64,000 bases of DNA, taken from Octopus sinensis (taxonomy: Eukaryota). The notes beneath the pieces are model-generated. The model had not been told where the DNA came from and made no database searches. It saw only the letters and a list, made by a program, of their open reading frames with translations. Both the position numbers and the translations under genes were made by a program. The DNA is taken from positions 828,099 to 892,098 of the forward strand of contig NW_021833026.1 of the NCBI RefSeq assembly GCF_006345805.1. The letters are read 5' to 3'. Shown here one piece after another: positions 59,440 to 64,000 of the stretch. The stretch's first letter is position 1. Every line of letters starts with the position of its first letter.

Positions 59440-60126
59440 AAACTTTCGAAGCGACACAAAGCAGAGAGATGGGTCGGAAAGAACCTGGATCCCGAGGATT
59501 CTTGTTCGAGGGATATATGTGTCAGCGAAGCTACAAGAAGATTACAGAAAAATATAAATAACCTGTGTATATGGCTCAATGCCAATCTGTTGAAAGCAAG
59601 CCCGGAAAAGTCTGAGCTAACCTTTTTCACAACTAACAAAAGACTGAGGAATTAGTCGATAAATGTGACCATGGAAGGGAAATCAATTCCTCCAAATAAA
59701 ACTCTAAAGATACTGGGATCACCTTTGACACCTTTCTAACCTTTACTCCCCATACCGAAAACGTGTTGACGAAATTAAACCTTTTAAAGCATTTCTTGGA
59801 AACTTGGAAGACGCCAAAGGAACTTACGGATTAGAGTCTCTATACACCCAATACATTAAACCGACAATTGGTTACGGATGTACAGTATGGGGAAGCAATC
59901 TAGCATATTCAAATGTCGAAAAAATCGACAATATTCAAATGGAGATTGTAAACCTCCTAGCGAATGTCACAGGGAACAAAATTCAACCAAATGGACTAGA
60001 AGAAATCGTGAAAGAAAACGGTGGAGACCTCAGGAAAAAAGTTCGGGATCCCCGCCCTCTTAGACAATGCGCTGTAGAACACACAGAAAAGATGCGAAGG
60101 TTTTTAAAAGAGGCTGGGATCACCTG
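59440..60126 (+). mobile_element. LINE RT 3' fragment
   Basis: WLNANLLKASPEKS, KILG.TFD and LYTQYIKPTIGYGCTVWG. Confidence 0.7.
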
Positions 60127-60220
60127 AAATAGTTAATTATGGTTATGACGTTGTTTTTGTTCCTAATAAATAAATTACGTGTTATAAATTGTTGTTTTTG
60201 GTTGCGTCTTGTTGTCCAAC

Positions 60221-61236
60221 ATGCGAACAGTCGTTAAAAAGATTAAGATAAATAAAGTATCAATCAACTACCAGGAGAACGGGACTGTTACTCTCTCCAA
60301 TGTGTACTCGACTCGTCCTCTAAAATCAATTTATATAAATGGTTCCCCAATTGTGCACAAATGGTAGATAAACCACTCGAAATCACACAAATGAAATCAG
60401 TATGACCACCCAATATCCCCCTAGTCCACTCCACTCAAGACATCAGTTGTCGTCCAAGTGGGAGATGCGTCCATCAGAGAACAACCAACGTCGACCAAGG
60501 AGACTGGTCCTCCCACAAAGAAGACCCACGCGAAATCCTCAGAGAAGCGAAAAAGACCAGGAAAAGAAGGACTGCAATCAACAGTGCTGGATCGGACTGT
60601 CCCCTCAAAGAAAGCGAAACCGACGACGAACACGACGGTGGTAATCCGTCCAGCGAGTATTGTGTGTGGTGAACGGACAGACCCTCCGAATGTAATCCCA
60701 ACTCATACGTGGGTGGGCGTGCACAAGGGAGCCCCCTTCCGATGTGTCCTCGCAGTACTCATTCCTGGTTGTATTGCAGTCCGGTCGGGAGGTTGCCCGG
60801 GATGTCTGGTTCAGTCGAGTTCGGTCAGCGGGGGACAGTCCCGTCGAATTGGCCTCGAATGACACTTTCAGTTGTGGGGAGGGGGAGGTTGTGCATGTCG
60901 TGGGGTTCTGGCTGGACGAGTATGGCCGGTGGATGGTGACCGTCCTCAAGTATAAGGACTGTCGAGAAGGGTGGCTGCTGGCCACAGGAGAGGACATGGA
61001 CATTAGTCTGGACAAATTCGGGAAGAAATGTGTGGTGCTCAATCAGAGGGAGTATGCCCGGTTGTGCCAGTCTGTTTATTGGCAGGCTGAGGGGCGGAGT
61101 GGTGAGGAAGGAAGTGGGGATTGACAGACAGGACTATGTCAGGTCCAGTTCTATTCTGAGTGGGCCAGTCAGGTCGAAGGAGAGTTATATATCGGAGGAC
61201 TGTAATACTTTTTATTGTGCAGGTTTTGAGTTGTAA
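60221..61236 (+). CDS. Hypothetical protein with weak GATAD1/BAH-like C-terminus (3' end uncertain)
   Basis: Spliced ORF through 25-26-nt introns; VVGFWLDEYGRW..GEDMD recalls GATAD1 RGFIQDQYCEK..GPEED. Confidence 0.45.
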
Positions 61237-61275
61237 TCAGTTGTTTAAATAAATTGAATTAATTATATAATTGAC

Positions 61276-62285
61276 ATGAGTTTTGTTGGTTGTTGTTATC
61301 CAGCCCTACAATGTAGAAACAAATGCGAGAAACGGGTACATGAATCCCCCTCTCCCCCCTCAGCAGTCCATTGGGCATTTCCCCCACACACTCGTAGTGG
61401 ACAAGTGCGAACTGATTGTCAGCAACCTGGCCCCCTCAATCACCCCCGAATCGTTATTCTCCCTTTTCACGACAGTCCCCAATGTACGGCCTCCCCCTCA
61501 CTCAGGTCACCAACTGTCGACTGATGATGGACCAGTCGTGTGGCACCTCCCTCTGCTACGGATTCATTTCCTACGGCACACAGGAACAGTCCCAGAAGGC
61601 CATCGACACACTCGACGGGCATGTCGTCGACCAAAAGGCCATCCACGTCAGCTTCTCTCGCTGTCAGACGGGCAAGACTGAACTGCGGAATTTGTACGTG
61701 CAGAACCTGCCGCCCTCGTTCATGGAAAACAATTTGAAGATGCTTTTCGAGACATTCGGGCCTGTGCAGTCCCTCAAACTGTTGGTGGACGCCCACGGCA
61801 TGTCCAAGTGCAGTGGAATGGTCATGTTCTACCACCCTGTGTGTGCAGAGTCGGCCATTGCCGTGCTCAACTGCAAACAAGTACTCCCAGGCACTGACAA
61901 ACACATAATTGTGCGATATGCCCGACAGTCCTCCGTCAAAGTGACCACTGGCTTCCTCCCCTACTCCCACTATGACTACTTTCGGTATAGTCCTGTTGCC
62001 CGGAATGTGCCCCCTGTGCAACACCACTGTGTCTATGTGTCCAACCTAATCCCAGGATCTACTAATCTCCACTTGTACCAACTCTTTTCTCGGTTCGGGG
62101 CCATTGCCTCGGTCAATTCCCTCCCAGGCAACACCACCTGGGCGAGTAGTATTGGTTTTGTCAACTTTGTGAAATACGAGGAGGCCTGTGCTGCCGTGGC
62201 CGCCCTGAACATGTCCAAGATGGGTGCCTCAGAGGGTAAGACATTGAATGTGTCCTTCAAAAGTGATTTCCGTCGTAATAAATAG
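61276..62285 (+). CDS. ELAV/Hu family three-RRM protein (start codon uncertain)
   Basis: LIVSNL, TSLCYGFISY..AIDTLDG..IHVSFSR, NLYVQNLP, LYQLFSRFGAI, GFVNF and KTLNVSFK. Confidence 0.9.
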
Positions 62286-62525
62286 CACATATATTACCTT
62301 TTACATTGATCGTTATGCTTATTACTATTGCCATATTTATTATTATTCACATAGGACTGCCGAGGACACGGAGGATGTACTTACCTTCCATTTGATGGGT
62401 GCCTCAGAGGGTAAGACATTGAATGTGTCCTGCAAAAGTGATTTCCGTCGTAATAAATAGCACATACTTTATGCTCATTACTATATTTAATATTATTCAC
62501 ACCACTATAGGACTGTCGGAGGATG
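62220..62525 (+). repeat. Tandem duplication (offset 175 bp) of the ELAV 3' end
   Basis: ATGGGTGCCTCAGAGGG...AAATAGCACAT occurs at 62220 and 62395. Confidence 0.9.
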
Positions 62526-62657
62526 GTGACTTATTGGACAGTCCTCTCAGTTTAGTGTGAGGGCAAACATAGCATATTGATTATCGACTAACAGCTCGGT
62601 CAAACAAGAAGAGAGAGACATAATTATTAATTGGGTTAGTGTCCGGTTATTTGTTAT

Positions 62658-62930
62658 CTACAGAGCCAGTCCGTCCTCCGAGGGACCGTCCCTCCGCTAA
62701 AATAACATCAGTTACGATACAGATGAGGATTTGCCGGATGTCCGAGAGATTGTTCGGAACAGTGCGAAAATGCAGAATATGATAATTAGTACTGTGATTC
62801 CTGTTGTCAGTACATTTTTGTCAACTACACATATCAAATGTCGACAAATAATTACCATCCTGAGCTCCCTCTTGAGACCTCAACTAAAGAATTTAAGGAA
62901 TTCAAGGATTCACAGTTCGGACGAGTCGAG
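62658..62930 (-). CDS. Possible 3' end of a single-pass membrane protein gene
   Basis: VLTTGITVLIIIFCIFALFRTISR followed by a 24-nt GT-AG intron and a stop; upstream exons unresolved. Confidence 0.3.
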
Positions 62931-63549
62931 ACATGAGTGATTCGTAACAGCACACATTATCCATATTTAGACGCAACGTATTACTTTATTCAAGTCTATT
63001 TCATACATTTATTAGGGTTTACCTCGATAAAATTACAAAATGTTTATTGAACTAAAATAAGATACAACTAATTGTAATTTTTAAACTCATTATACCTGCA
63101 ACAGTAGACACTTAACTATGGACACGACCAAAGCTCCTTGGCGTTTATTTGGGCACATGTGCTAACTGGGCATTGGAATTAAATCACAAAGACGACAAAG
63201 GACATCCACGAACAATTTACTGTTATCTCAAAATATTTTCAACGCAGTAAAAGACAGCAGGGGTATAGCACACAGCTGCGGATAAATGTGATCCATGTGT
63301 TGCCTATGTGGGAACTTTATGATAGTTCAATAATGAACTCCTAATTTCGACTGATTAGAACACCGGCTATACTGATTGTTATTTGTGGAGAACATATATT
63401 CCCTGCGGACTATTCGTATCTGCATTGATTATTGGATTGACAGAGTCATCGCCGTCGAGTGTATAAAGTAATATTTATAAATATAATTTATTAGTTGTTA
63501 TACTTGAAATAATCGAAAGCGGTATTGATTCTTCGCAATAGTAATTTCC

Positions 63550-64000
63550 ATGACTGCTTGGGACTACACTTTTTGGGTAATTCCTCTGCCTCCTCCCTCA
63601 GAACAACTTTGGGGACTTGACTGACTTTGACGCGAAGGGCATCGACTTTTACGCGCAAGTGAACGAGTTCTGCAAGGACTTTGCGGCAGCCACCAGGAAC
63701 TACGGGTCCACGCTGAAGTATGGGAGTATTCCAACGGTAGGAAACTGTCGGACAAGTACTACCAAATAAAGCTGCGGGAGTACTGCAAGTTGGTGGGATG
63801 TGTTACCCAGTGACGACAGACTGGTCTTCTCTTCCGTGCTCGACTGGACGAGGGAGGTGGGGCAGTTGTTTGAGAAGGTGTTCGAGAATTACAGCCAGAA
63901 CGACGAAATATTCAAAATGAACATAAACTCCTTCAGAACGAACAACAAGAAGGCAATGTGCTTGTGTCACTCTCAGGCAGAGAAAGCCTACGACTCGACA
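63550..64000 (+). CDS. F-BAR protein, CIP4/FNBP1-like (3' partial)
   Basis: MTAWDYTFW|NNFGDL...GIDFY..NYGSTLK|KLSDKY parallels MSWGTELW|DQFDNL..GIDIL..SYAKQLRNLSKKY. Confidence 0.7.

Overview
Eukaryotic, animal-type genomic DNA (ELAV, HP1, NFIL3-like bZIP, PDE4-like, Ig/FN3 and F-BAR genes), not prokaryotic. About 20 densely packed genes lie in GC-richer islands separated by AT-rich spacers full of transposon debris (Ginger, Tc1, pogo, hAT, and CRE-, R4- and Jockey-type LINEs). The ORF track is fragmented because almost every gene is cut by very short spliceosomal introns. I traced roughly 100 by eye: nearly all are 22-28 nt, GT-AG, lack a polypyrimidine tract and often end in AAG or GAG. This fits a highly reduced metazoan parasite such as a myxozoan or dicyemid, but the sequence alone does not identify the taxon. 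Most notable: an apparently length-defined tiny-intron system with GC-AG variants and a candidate nested (25 nt inside 26 nt) intron in AlaRS; a complete Ginger transposon with four host-type tiny introns; a 29-nt element shared just before the ATG of two unrelated genes; a strand-symmetric C-to-G skew oscillation; and duplicated secreted Ig-Ig-Ig-FN3 genes with hypervariable patches. Several 1-2 bp deletions in conserved genes suggest assembly errors, which weakens any non-canonical splice call.
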